This document shows positions 27,491 through 41,039 of a DNA stretch of 64,000 nucleotides, piece by piece (the stretch's first letter is position 1; each line of letters starts with the position of its first letter). Source of the stretch: Octopus vulgaris (taxonomy: Eukaryota). The stretch spans positions 13,144,001-13,208,000 of the forward strand of contig OX597831.1 of assembly GCA_951406725.2 (NCBI GenBank), read 5' to 3'. The notes beneath the pieces are model-generated. The model was not told where the DNA came from, did no database searches, and was given only the letters and a program-made list of their open reading frames with translations. Both the position numbers and the translations under genes were made by a program.

Positions 27491-27507
27491 GAAGAAGTAT
27501 GTGTGTA

Positions 27508-27607
27508 NNNNNNNNNNNNNNNNNNNNNNNNNNNNNNNNNNNNNNNNNNNNNNNNNNNNNNNNNNNNNNNNNNNNNNNNNNNNNNNNNNNNNNNNNNNNN
27601 NNNNNNN
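27508..27607. other. Assembly gap (100 N)
   Basis: Run of N; the round length suggests a gap of unknown size. Confidence 0.99.
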
Positions 27608-28507
27608 GTGGTTTTGTTGTTGTTGCTGTGCAGTTGATTTGTTTCCTGTGAAACATGTTGTTCCTTTAGCAGAAACAATAAGTAGATTCACTCACACACA
27701 GACACGCACACACAGACACACACACAGTGCACAGCTACGTAGAATACACACACAGACACGCACACACAGACACACACACACATACACGCTTTCACACACC
27801 CACTCATTCACAGACACACGCGTTCTGTCTCACACTCATACACAAGCACACAAACACACATGCTCACACACACTAAAGCACACATACACACACACTCACA
27901 AACACACTCACAAAGACACTCACACACAGACACACACACACATACACGCTTACACACACCCACACATTCACACACACATGCGCGCTCTCTCTCACGCGCA
28001 TACACACACACACAAACATACTTGCTCACACACACTAAAGCACACATACGCACACACTCACAAACACGCACTCTCTCATACACATGCACGCACACCCACA
28101 CCCCGCCACACCTATTCTTATGTATATACGTCAGTGTATATACACACTGCAAGCTTAACTTCGGCAATATTCTACATAGCTGCCACCGTTCCATTGCTGG
28201 TGGTTAATTATAATTTTGTAATTAGCCACGGCTTTTCTAGTTTCCCGAAACCCATCAATTTGCTGCTGCTATCGAATCGCTTAGTTATATAACCATGTGC
28301 TACGCTCTCACGATAATCATAGGCATGAATCTAGTTATAATTTGAGATTAGAATCTACTTATTGATTATTAATCTGCTAAAGAACAGCATTTCCTGGGGC
28401 TAAACAAAAACAACTGCAGCAGCAACAACAACAACAAAACCACTCGACAGTGCCTCCACTAAATAGTTACCCATGAGGCCGTGTCGATAAGAAGTTAGCC
28501 CTACAAC

Positions 28508-29196
28508 TACGTAGGTGGGCTGAAAAGTTCGTTGGCTGATTAAGAAGGAGTCATCATGCTGTAATTAAACTTGGTATGCATTAAATTCAACCCTTAATGA
28601 GGCTAATTGCATTTTTACTTTCCAGATAAACACAGATTACATACAGAATTGAGGAATTAGAAAAATGGTACAAGTGGCATGTCGTGAAAATGGATAAAAT
28701 TTGGCACTATGGTGTTATCAAATATCTGCAGAAAAAGGGGTTAGTCCCCAAGAACACTAACGCTGACATTGTTGCTACATTAGGAGGATGATGCTCCAGT
28801 TTTATCAGCTGTGCTAAAGTGGGCAGCTGAATTCAAGAGGGAAAAGAAGAGTCTTGAAGATGACCCAAAGTCCGGGCGTCCTGCCATAGCCACCACCCAA
28901 GAAAACATCAACCGTGTTCACCACATCGTGATGAAAAACAGACATTTAATCGGATAGCGTATGCTGTAGGCATCTCCCGTGAACTAGTTGAGAACATTCT
29001 GCATAACAAGCTTGGCATGTCGAAGGTTTCCACTCAGTGGCTGCGACGCTTTTAGCGCCTGATCAAAGGCGCACCAGGCTGGTCAGATCGCAGGCGAACT
29101 TGGCACTTTTTGAAGCAAATCCAGCCGGTTTTCTTTGATGTTTCCTCATCCAAGATGAATGCTGGATTCACCACTTTGATCCAGAGACCAAACAGC
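28508..29196 (+). mobile_element. Mariner transposon relic (5' end and N-terminal part of a transposase pseudogene)
   Basis: TIR-like tacgtaggtgggctgaaaagttc; from ~28690, across frameshifts, GVIKYLQKKG...KWAAEFKREKKSLEDDPKSGRPAIATTQENINRVH...DECWIHHFDPETKQ (HTH plus first catalytic D); truncated by a TA tract. Confidence 0.9.
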
Positions 29197-29257
29197 TGTA
29201 TGTATGTATATATATGTATATATCTATGTATACATATATATATATGTATATATATAT

Positions 29258-29294
<37 letters not shown>

Positions 29295-29479
29295 GTAATT
29301 TGCGGTCACAGCCACTTCGACTTGCCCACACTACTAGAACTAACGGATATTAACTACCACGTACTCTTGCACGTACCCAATTTTAAGAAAATAGCATTTT
29401 CATAAATATATACTTACTCGTGTATTACCTCTACACATTTTATCAACCCCCCCCACATATATATATATATATATATATA

Positions 29480-29821
29480 CGTTTAAATATTTGTTGCGCA
29501 AGATTTTTTATGTGAAGTCGTGTGTTGAAACAGATATTGTTATATTTCGGAATGGTCATATTGCCAGTTTAGCCAATAAAAACACACGCACTATATATTT
29601 GGTGTTATTTTGCTTCAGTGATATTTATTTTTTACATTAATCTTAATCTTATTTCGGCCAAAGTTCTTTCGTCACACTCGATTAGATTTATTATTATTAC
29701 TAATATTGTTGTTATACATACATACATACAAGCATATGTAATGATAATAATGGGTGGATGTAAACACATGAACAAAATTAGAACAAAAGCAACAACAACA
29801 AAAACAAAATACAAATTACAA

Positions 29822-29854
<33 letters not shown>

Positions 29855-30098
29855 CATGCGCAAATGAAGACATACAATAGAAATACAAAATGGCTGACGG
29901 TTAGTAAGGAGAGACACAAGTAAGTGAGAAGAAAACAAAGGACCACTGATGCGGTCACAGGAGTGTGACGAAAGAACTTTGGCCGAAATAAGATTAAGAT
30001 TAATGTAAAAAATAAATATCACTGAAGCAAAATAACACCAAATATATAGTGCGTGTGTTTTTATTAGCTAAACTGGCAAAATGACCATTCCGAAATAT

Positions 30099-30106
<8 letters not shown>
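29480..30106. mobile_element. (TA)n-embedded element with ~145-bp inverted arms and a hammerhead-like motif
   Basis: 29534-29679 is nearly the reverse complement of 29961-30106; cca-CTGATGCG-gtcaca-ggag-tgtgac-GAAAG-aa-CTT-tgg lies at 29943-29982. Confidence 0.8.
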
Positions 30107-30145
<39 letters not shown>

Positions 30146-30759
30146 CACATAATCAGATCCAAAACCCTAAACTTGGAATATTTTATTGAATTCATCAGGA
30201 AACAATAAAAATGGACTATAATATTCAATATTAGTGGCTGTATCACTGTCAATGTGTATCATTGTGTGTGTGTATGTGTGTGAAGTCGGTGCTCCAGCAT
30301 GGCCGCGGTCAAATGACTGAAACAAGCAAAAACGATGTAAAAAAAATATAATGACTATTTTATTATGGCTGCTGGCATCAGTAATTACATATTAAAAGCG
30401 ACAAGATGCTCGAGGACAGGAAAAGCAAAGACTTTAAAAAGCTCACGTCGCTGAAGGGACAGATTGCTAATTAATAATGATTCAGCTAAAAATTGTAGAA
30501 AGGAAACTAAACGTCCGATCATGGCAACAGACCACCACGAAGATCCGCGGAAACATTAATCATGTGGAAGTTTGCTTTGATAATAAATATATCTATTAAA
30601 TACATCGTAAGTAAATGTCGAACAGCTTTGTAAATGCAGATGAAATAGGGTTTTTACACCACATCTGTATTCGAAGGAAAATATTCCATGGGATTTTTTC
30701 TCTGCTGAGTCTGTGATATGTTTATCGTTTATTTCCTTCAGTTATTAGCCTCTGGTCAT

Positions 30760-30950
30760 TCTAGGGCACCGCCTTGAAGGAGTTTAGTCGAACGAATGAA
30801 CCCCGGTAATTAATTTTAATCTTTTACTTATTCAGTCCATCAAAATTGCCGAACTCCTAGGTAACGGTGACGTAAACAAACCAATACAGGTTTTCAAGCT
30901 GTAGTGGTGGTGATGGTGGTGTGGGGGACAAACACAAGCGCAAGGACACA
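30760..30950 (-). mobile_element. SINE family A, degenerate 3' half
   Basis: gggcaccgccttgaagg...gtgacgtaaacaaacca...gggggacaaacaca. Confidence 0.65.
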
Positions 30951-33320
30951 AAAATACTTGCATACGTGCATATTCATGTGTGTATATACACACACATATA
31001 CACACGCCACACATACACAGGCACACACACACACAAACATATACATATATAATTTACGGTTAGGTTAACAAGCCTACCAGTTGTCCCATGTCGGGAAGAT
31101 TTCTCTCAACGATTATCAACAATGGCAGCGCTCGTACACGTCTCTATCTTGGATGAGAATGCAGATATGATATATATATGCATCCGACTTACCTTTCACA
31201 CAATTTTCATCAATCCAATTCATTCAGATCTGGGACTATCGTAGATGATACTTGCCAGAGATGCTTGGCTGGGAATTGAATCCCAAACCATGTGATTGCA
31301 AAGCTAGATTATTTGCCCATATCTTGACAGCCTTCACTGTCTTTGCTATAAATTGTATGAATTGCTAGTTGCTTCAGTGGAGACTTGTAATCACCTAACG
31401 ACGCTATAGTTCATATTTTGCCTTATAAGATAATTAAATATATACGTAGAACTATACATTGGTTTTAGGTTACACATAAGATGCAGTAATAAATTTGCGC
31501 TGAAATCATAAATAAATTCATCAAAAGAAACTAATAACAATAATATTCCGGGAAAATGCGTCTGTTACTGACGAGAAATATCTCTAATTACATAACTAAC
31601 TCTGCACCCTTATTAAATACACAGTTCATAATCTGGCTTGCATGGGTAGCAACACATCTACCAAGCGTAACTGTGCAGAATACCTAATCGATATTCTTAT
31701 CAGCACCTTTACTGGATATTTACAATGAATGTGAAATAGATGCTGGCGTCTTCAAACAAGAGAATCAACTTCTACGGGGTCTCTAGACTGTACGGCACCT
31801 TAGGCAAATGTTGTTACTATAGCCATGTGTAGACCAATGCGCTGTAAGTGAATTTGGTAAAACGATAAAAGGTAAAAGATATTTTAGTTTTTCGTAGGGA
31901 TTTGGGAACGGCAAATAAATTTAAAACCAAAAGCAAAAACCATACAACAACCCTCTCAAGGTTTATACTATTTAATGAAAAGAATTACCAACACATCATA
32001 CGTGGAGACCATCCGATGGGCTTCCATATATTTTCAGTCTGTTCCATGTTACTTATAAGAACTCAACTCGGATAGACACGAAACTATGGAACAAGGCACT
32101 GAAGGTGTAACAAAATGGGATAACTACAGGAATCTTATGATTGTGAAGGGAAATGCGAAACAACACGATACACACAAATACACACACGAACGCAAATACT
32201 AATACGATTTTTATATATATTTTAATCAGTAGGTATTTAGATCTCACTTTGCTTCTTTCGCCGTCTCTCTCTCTCTCTCTCACGCTCCCTCTCTCTTTCT
32301 GTTTCTTAATTATTATTTCTTTGATTCCCTCTTACTAATTAGTTATGTGTACTTCATGAATGTGTGTGCACAACTAATTGTTAGTAGTAAAAGGATTGCA
32401 CCAAGAGAGAACAACAGAAGCAACCGAGCGCTAACTCAATTACACAAATATCAGAAGCTAACATCCAGCTGTTTGTGTTTCATTCTGTAAAACACGTTTT
32501 GTTTATCCAGAATCCAATCCGAAAGAAGACGTGCCAATCATAAATTAAATACGTAACTAAATGCATAAATAAATAATTAAATAAAAGAGAAAAGTAAAAA
32601 AGGGATATAAAAAACCTGTTTTTAAATTTAGTCTTTTCCTACAAGTGTTTTTTTATGGAACGATTCACGGAGGAAGGATTATGCGATGAGTTACCAATAT
32701 AAAATTCCAATTTATAATTTGATTTGAAAATTCAGACTTGGGATGGCAAATGCATTTTACAACAAATTAGAATAATTCTTTTGAGGTATTAGCAAAATTG
32801 ATTTTTCTCAGATAGTTAATACTATTTTATAGAAAGTTTCGACATGTCGCCATTGCATTCTCTGATATTACAATTGGTGAATTCCCATATCTGTTAGTTA
32901 TAGATTTAAGCTATCTCATTGACGGTATGTTTCTCTATAATTAGTTTGTCATACGGCTCACATTTTGTATCGTTTAACATGTTTATCACAAATGATCTGT
33001 GAGAATAAACGAGGAAGGTATTTGCAAACGAGAGCTAGGTATAAAACTCTAATCGAATGCAGGAGGCAGATGCCTCCGCAGATATTTGCTGTGTAAATTA
33101 ACGAGCGTAAATCCAATTAGATATAATGGTTTACTTCTTCTCATCTAGCCAAAGGTAACATACACACGCTCGAACATATACACAAACACACATACACATA
33201 GGATTTCGCATATATATGACATCAAAAGAAAGAAAATACGTATAAATATGATACAGGTATGTATGCGCGTGATCAAGCATACAAAAGTATATAGGCATTC
33301 ATACATTTACACATAAGATA

Positions 33321-36150
33321 TCATCATCATCATCATCATCATCATCGTTTAACGTCCGTTTTCTGCGCTAGCACGAGTTGGAAGGTTCGACCGGGGTCTG
33401 GGAAGCCAGGGGCTGCACCAGGCTCCAGTCTGATCTGGCAGTGTTTCTACAGCTGGATGCCCTTTCTAACGCCAACCACTCCGCGAGTGTAGTGGGTGCT
33501 TTTTACGTGCCACCGGCACAGGGGAGTCTGACATCGGCCACAATCGGTTGGTGCTTTTAACGTGCCACCGACACGGAAGCCAGCCAAGGCGGTGCTGGCA
33601 TCGGCCACGTTCGGATGGTGCTTTTTATGTGCCAACGGCACAGAAGCCAGTCGAGGCGGCGCTGGCATCGGCTACGTCCGGATGGTGCTTTTTATGTGCC
33701 ACCGGCACAGGTATCACAACTGCTATTTCCATTGATATTTATTTCGATGTTCATGTACTTGACTCAACAGGTCTCCTCAAGCACAGCGGGATGTTCTGGA
33801 ATCCAAGGTACTTTGAATGGGCAGGGGCTATGCGGAACTGATGCAGGAAGCAACCCGGGTCTTTGCAGTCACAGCATATCTCTAGAGATCTCGGTCCTTC
33901 GCCATTGCCTCAGTGAGGCCCAACGCTCTGAGGTCATGCTTGACTACCTCATCCCATGTCTTCCTGGGTCTACCTCACCCCCTGATTCCTTCAACTGTTT
34001 GGGAGTGGCACTTCTTCACACATCTCTCCTCATCCATCCGCAGTACATGACCATACCATCGCAAGCGTCGCTCTTGCACACCACATCTGATGCTTCTTAT
34101 GTCCAACATTTCTCTCACTCTGTCGTGCGTGCACACTAACATTACACATCCAGCGGATCATGCTAGCTTCATTTCTTTCAAGTCTACGCATGTCCTCTGC
34201 AGTCACGGCCCATGTTTCACTATCGTGAAGCATGGCGGTTCGCACACATGCATCATACAATCTACCTTTCACTCTGAGTGAGAGGCCATTTTGTCGCCAG
34301 TAGGGGTAGGAGCTTTCTAAACTTTGCCCAGGCTATTCGTATTCTAGTGGTGACACTCTCTGAGCATCCACCTCCACTACTAACTTGGTCACCCAGGTAG
34401 CGGAAACTATCGACTACTTCTAGTTTCTCCCCCTGGAGTGTGATGGAATCTGTTTTCTGAGTATTTGTGGTGTCTATTGTCCCTGTGCATCTGCCGCATA
34501 TGAAAGCTATCTTATCAGTTAATTTCCCTTTGATGTTGCTGCACCTCTTATGCGTCCATAGCTTACACTGGGTGCATATCTTATGGAGTTTCAACCTACG
34601 CCTCCTACAGATCGAGCAGGGCCACCTGCCCGATGGGGTGTGTGCTGAGTTCGCCTTTCTGCTTACTATAACTTAGGTCTTTGCTACATTTACTCTAAGG
34701 CCGCTCCCAAACAGTTGATTCTAACCCTTGCTTCTACACCCGAAATTTCTTTTCTAGTTCCGGTAGTGATTCCGCTATGAGGGCCAGGTCATCAGCATAG
34801 AGGAGCTCCCAGGGGCAACCTGTTTTGAATCCCTCTGTTATTGCCTGGAGGACTATGATGAATAAAAGGGGACTGAGGGCTGAGCCTTGGTGTACACCTA
34901 CTTCTACCCGGAATTCTTCACTATATTCGTTGCCAATCCTAACCTTGCTGACAGCCTCTCTGTATAGGGCCTGTACAGCCCTTATTAGCCATTCGTCAAT
35001 CTCCAGTTTCCGCATCTACCACCAGATAAGGGATCGGGGGACCCTGTCAAAGGCTTTCTCCAAGTCCACAAAAGCTATGTAGAGGGGTTTATCTTTAGCT
35101 AGGTACTTCTCCTGCAGTTGTCGGACCAGGAATATAGCATCAGTGGTACTTCTACCCGGCACAAAACCGAACTGCATCTCATCTAAGTAAATTCTCTCCC
35201 TAATGAGATGGGTTATGACCCTCTCTGTGACCTTCATCACCTGATCCAACAGTTTAATACCCCTGTAGTTATTTCTATCTAGAGCATCACCCTTACCCTT
35301 GTAGCAGTTGACTATGGTGCTGCTACGCCAGTCATTGGATATGACTCCATTATGAACTACCTGGTTTACAATGCGGGTGACTAGGCCATAGCCCACATAA
35401 CCAGCTGTTTTAAGCATCTCAGCAGTGATGCCTGATGGGCCGGGGGCTTTACCTGGTTTCATACCCTTAATTGCCTTAACTACAAGGGAGTTGTCTATTC
35501 GGATAGCTGGTCCCTCTACTGGGTCAACATTTGGCAGGCTCTCCTCCTCCCATTCATTCTCCACATTCAGCAGTCTTTCACAATGGCTTCTCCAAGCCTC
35601 TTTCTTTTCACCAACATTAAAAGCAAGTGCCCCATCATCCATGCGGACACATTTCTCTCCTGTAACATCACTTTTTTCTCTGACACACTGTCTGGAAATC
35701 CGAAATACCTCAGCTCTTTGGTCCTCACGTCGCTGGACATTGGCAAACTTCTTTTCTGCTACATCTTTGGCTATGTATACCTGCCGCCCGGCCTCCCTTT
35801 TGACTACTTGGTACGGTTCCCTGCTACCCCCATCCCTCCAGGTTTTCCAGGCCTGTTTCTTTGCACTAATGTCTTTGTCTACTGCACTATTCCACCACCA
35901 CGTAACTCTAGGTCTGGAAGGGACTTTGCACCATTCACAGACTTGGTCTGTGGTACTCAGCAAGCTGTCCCGTAGGAATTTCCAGAAACCTTCTATGTCT
36001 GACGTCTGTAGCTCCTCTACCCTCTCATCAAATTTCTTGATGAGGATGTCCCTAAATTTCTGACCATGTGAAGGGTTCCTTAATTTCCAAATCCTTCTTT
36101 TCTGGATTGGTCTGTTTCTTGGAGTCCTTCTGGCCTCAAGCCTAAAGTGC
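33321..36150 (-). mobile_element. 5'-truncated RTE-clade LINE (~2.8 kb) with (GAT)n tail
   Basis: RT motifs KAPGPSGI, NYRGIKLL, QFGFVPGRSTTDAIF, FVDLEKAFDRVPR, GVHQGSALSP, LLYADDL and FRYLGD; tail (atc)n at 33321-33346; possible TSD catacatttacacata / catacatttatatata. Confidence 0.96.
33835..36145 (-). pseudogene. RTE ORF pseudogene (RT, Cys/His PHD-like insert and C-terminus)
   Basis: ORF pieces 35016-35963, 34734-35015, 34262-34594 and 34030-34272 are collinear, broken by an in-frame stop at 35016-35018 and by frameshifts. Confidence 0.93.
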
Positions 36151-36217
36151 CTGAGGCATACATTTATATATATACGTTAAAATTTGAATATTTCAACTAC
36201 GTACATATATGCTTTTA

Positions 36218-36301
<84 letters not shown>

Positions 36302-36387
36302 CATGTATCTACTTACATATGCCTGTAAATATATATATGAATATATAAATGCATGAATATATAAATATAGAGTCATAAATAAACATG

Positions 36388-36419
<32 letters not shown>

Positions 36420-36490
36420 TATTTATATATAAATACATACATACATATATATATATACATACATATAAATATATATACATATATATGTAT

Positions 36491-36563
<73 letters not shown>

Positions 36564-36736
36564 TATATAAATACGTATATATATTTATATATAAATACGT
36601 ATATGTCTATATGTATATATATATAAATGGTAAATGTTTTTCATTTTCAAATTTCTGTTCCTGTCGAATCTTATCCATTATTTTTGTGGCTCTCTAATGC
36701 GTTGAATCTTCACCCTAGGTGTAGATTCCTTATGTG

Positions 36737-36791
<55 letters not shown>

Positions 36792-36808
36792 CATACACAC
36801 ACACACTC

Positions 36809-36871
<63 letters not shown>

Positions 36872-37009
36872 CATATATTAGTGTGTGTGTGTGACTTTGT
36901 GTGTTCTGTTTGTCTAAAAGAAAATTCTGGTGGAGCAGCTTGATATATAAGATTTTATAAGTTCACGACCCATTAAAGCCAGTATAATTCTCTTAACCAG
37001 TTGGTTTCG

Positions 37010-37551
37010 CCCACTTGACTCGATGCCATCAATGAGCAGCAACTGCTTGCACGCCAGTAAATCTAAATACAGATGCCAAAAAAATCGTAAAACATGCCAC
37101 GAGGCATCTGTTTCCCGTTGCTCTAAAACTTCTGGCAACCATTTGACCACATCGCTATGCACATACATACATACATACATGCATACATACATACATATAT
37201 ACATACATACATGGATGCATATATGCATGCATAAATACATACATACATACATACATACATACGTACATACATGCATATATGCATGCATACATACATACAT
37301 ACATACATACATACATGCATGCATGCATGCATGCATACATACATACATACATACATACATACATACATGCATGCATACATACATACATACATACATGCAT
37401 GCATACATACATACATACGTACATACATACATACATGCATATATGCATGCATATATACATACATACATACATACATGCATGCATACATAAATACATACGT
37501 ACATACATACATACATACATACATACATACATACATGCATGCATTCATGCA

Positions 37552-37583
<32 letters not shown>

Positions 37584-38870
37584 CATACATACATACATAC
37601 ATACATACATGCATACATACATACATACATGCATACATACATACATACATGCATACATACATACATACATACATACATGCATGCATACATGCATAAATAC
37701 ATACATACATACATACATACATGCATGCATACATACATACATACATACATACATACGTGCATACATACATACATACATACATACATACATACATACATAC
37801 ATGCATACATACATACATACATACATACATACATGCATGCATACATGCATAAATACATACATACATACATGCATGCATACATACATAATACATGCATGCA
37901 TACATACATGCATACATACATACATACATACATACATACATACATGCATACATACATACATACATGCATACATACATACATACATACATGCATACATACA
38001 TACATACATACATGCATGCATACATGCATAAATACATACATACATACCTACATACATACCCACTTGACTCGATGCCATCAATGAGCAGCAACTGCTTGCA
38101 CGCCAGTAAATCTAAATACAGATGCCAAAAATACATCGTAAAACATGCCACGAGGCATCTATGTTTCCCGTTGCTCTAAAACTTCTGGCAACCATTTGAC
38201 CACATCGCTATGCACATACATACATACATACATACATGCATAAATACATACATACATACATACATACGTACATACATACATGCATATATGCATGCATACA
38301 TACATACATACATACATGCATGCATTCATGCATACATACATACATACATACATACATACATGCATGCATACATACATAATACATGCATGCATACATACAT
38401 ACATACATACATACATACATACAAACATACATACATACATACATACGTACATACATACATACATGCATATATGCATGCATAAATACGTACATACATGCAT
38501 ACATGCATGCATGCATACATGCATGCATGCATACATACATACATGCATGCATACATACATGCATACATACATACATACATACATGCATACATACATACAT
38601 ACATACATGCATACATACATGCATACATGCATATATACATGCATACATGCATACATACATACATACATACATGCATATATACATGCATGCATACATACAT
38701 GCATACATACATACATGCATGCATACATGCATGCATGCGTACATACATACATACATACATACATACCTAACACATACATACACACACATATATGCATACA
38801 TGCATATATACATGCATGCATACATAAATGCATACATACATGCAAACATACATACTTACAAACGCGTGTG
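37010..38870. repeat. ~1.05-kb tandem duplication: 150-bp unique block plus long (TACA/TGCA)n tract
   Basis: cccacttgactcgatgccatcaatgagcagc...cacatcgctatgcacatac occurs at 37010 and at 38059 (spacing 1049 bp). Confidence 0.93.
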
Positions 38871-38904
<34 letters not shown>

Positions 38905-38906
<2 letters not shown>

Positions 38907-39275
38907 TAGCATGTTTTACGATATTTTGCGACCTAAATTTAGATTTACTGCCGTGCAAGCAGTTCCTGCTCATTTATGGCATCGAGTCAAGTGACTGTTT
39001 TGTATTTGCGTACCATTTCTCCGCTTTTTTTTACTTCCGTCCTTGTTTTCGTATACATTCGCTGATTTCTTCCAAGGAATCTAGTGCTCTTAGCTTAGAT
39101 TTTCCTTGCGGCTGGCGAGATTGGAGCAATCTCGATTATATACCAGCCGAAATTGCAAAGATAATCTGGAACTCAACTGAGGAAAAAGAATCCGAATAAA
39201 CCGCTCTTTTTCTTGTCCCTTTTTGTATCATCTAAATGTCTGGATGTTTTGCGTTCTTGTCCCACTTTTTGCATT
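38905..39275. mobile_element. (TA)n/(CA)n-embedded interspersed element
   Basis: 38905-38993 is a diverged inverted copy of the 37012-37100 block; the end tctggatgttttgcgttcttgtccc is the reverse complement of 10023-10047, which also lies beside a TA tract. Confidence 0.75.
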
Positions 39276-39426
39276 CCGTTATACACACACACACACACAC
39301 ACGCACATTTATTTGCGAGTGTGTATATAACTGTATCATTCTCTCTGTTTCTCTCTCTATATATATGCATATATATGTATATATGTATATATGTATATAT
39401 ATGTATATATATGTATATGTATCTCT

Positions 39427-39700
39427 CTATATATAAAACTGAGAATGTGTGTCTGTCTGTCTGTCTGTCTGTGTGTTTCCCTAAAACTTGAGAACTACAC
39501 AACCAATTTCATTCAAATTTTACACATACCTTATTTAAGGTCCGGGGAGTATCATCGGCAAAAAACTCTTAACTTTTTCCCTAGAGCGACCCCACAGCAA
39601 TATCATATCTTCTCCACTATTTCAGTATTACGTGTTAAAAGTGAAACAAAAACATCTCTCTATTGTAATGCAGACACTTTCATTTTAATACTGAAACTAT
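39427..39700 (+). mobile_element. Non-autonomous Helitron-like element, 5' portion
   Basis: tctatatataaaactgagaatgtgtgtctgtctgtctg...; homologous to 11400-11625. Confidence 0.62.
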
Positions 39701-40289
39701 TAAAGTGAAAGTATTATATAGGAGGGATGAACCATTAACACTGGTCATCCATTTTGCTAGAAGAAGATCCGCTTTGGTCTTATATGCTACACCACTGGTT
39801 TTCAATCCATATTAATCAAATTGATATTCAATTTTTCACCCTTATTAAATTGCATCAATGACTTGAACTTGAATAAGTGGTTTCACATAAATGGGGATAC
39901 ATTAAAAAGGTTTGTTGTTATTATTATTACTGTTTGACTATTGTAATCACGTTTGTTGGTTCCTCGTCAGGGAAACGTTGTTGTGTTGCATTTGTTAAAT
40001 AATTGTAAACCGTAAACCTCCCCCTTTCGGATAATGGGCTTTGGTAATTGTTTAAAAATTGAATTGTGTCCCTGTTTGGAGAAATTGACAATGTTTTCAC
40101 CGTCTTTATGGAAGCATTTTTGTTAAAATGCCTTCGATAGAAGAAAGTCCAAAGATGAATATCGCTGCAGCCGTACACTTCTATACAAGAGGGACAACAA
40201 GATCCAACTGATCGAAATTGCAATAGACGGGCCTACAATTCCAGTCTGTTATATATTTTGAGTATTGTTATCACTAGCGATATCAAGAT

Positions 40290-40492
40290 ATAACTTGGAC
40301 TCCACCTGTACTTGCTTGCAATGATTAATTCCTGAGAGCATGAGACCTTCGGGCCATTAGACGTTAGGGAAGTTGAAATCACCCATAAGAAATATGGTCA
40401 CGTGGTGTTCCAGATTCATGAGGATTTCTTTAATTCTTGTGAGGCAAACTTCAAACTTGCCCATGGTGATTTGGAGCATCCGGTGGGCAATA
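40290..40492 (-). pseudogene. LINE APE-endonuclease fragment (CR1/L2-like)
   Basis: Minus strand CPPDA...KFEVCLTRIKEILMNLEHHVTIFLMGDFNFPNV*W contains the YRPP-like and GDFN motifs. Confidence 0.8.
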
Positions 40493-40652
40493 TGTATATA
40501 TATATATATATATGTGTTTGACGGCATGAGCTGTCTCTTTTTATATATAACTTTTTTTGATAAGGTTCATTTCAGGAACTGAAACATGTTATAATGTATA
40601 TATAAAAATTAAAAATTGTATAATACAGCAGCATTTTCGAACTTCATTTTTT

Positions 40653-40700
<48 letters not shown>

Positions 40701-40884
40701 ATATATATCTATATAGATATATATTTATATATACATATATATATATATAGGTATATATATATATAGATATATATTTATATCTATATCTATCTATCTATCT
40801 ATATATATATATATATATATATATTATATTATCATTATTATTATTAATTATATATATATATATATATTATATTATATTATATTA

Positions 40885-40933
<49 letters not shown>

Positions 40934-40952
40934 TATATATTATATTATATTA

Positions 40953-41036
<84 letters not shown>

Positions 41037-41039
<3 letters not shown>

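Noticed and set aside
30400-30670. Possible Tigger transposase relic (NADEIG)
   Set aside because: Only one short motif is present, with no TIR or further alignment visible.
36914-38994. Long MYVC/HTYI ORFs of up to 375 aa, and the many YIYI/VCVC ORFs elsewhere
   Set aside because: They are stop-free microsatellite translations open in several frames on both strands.
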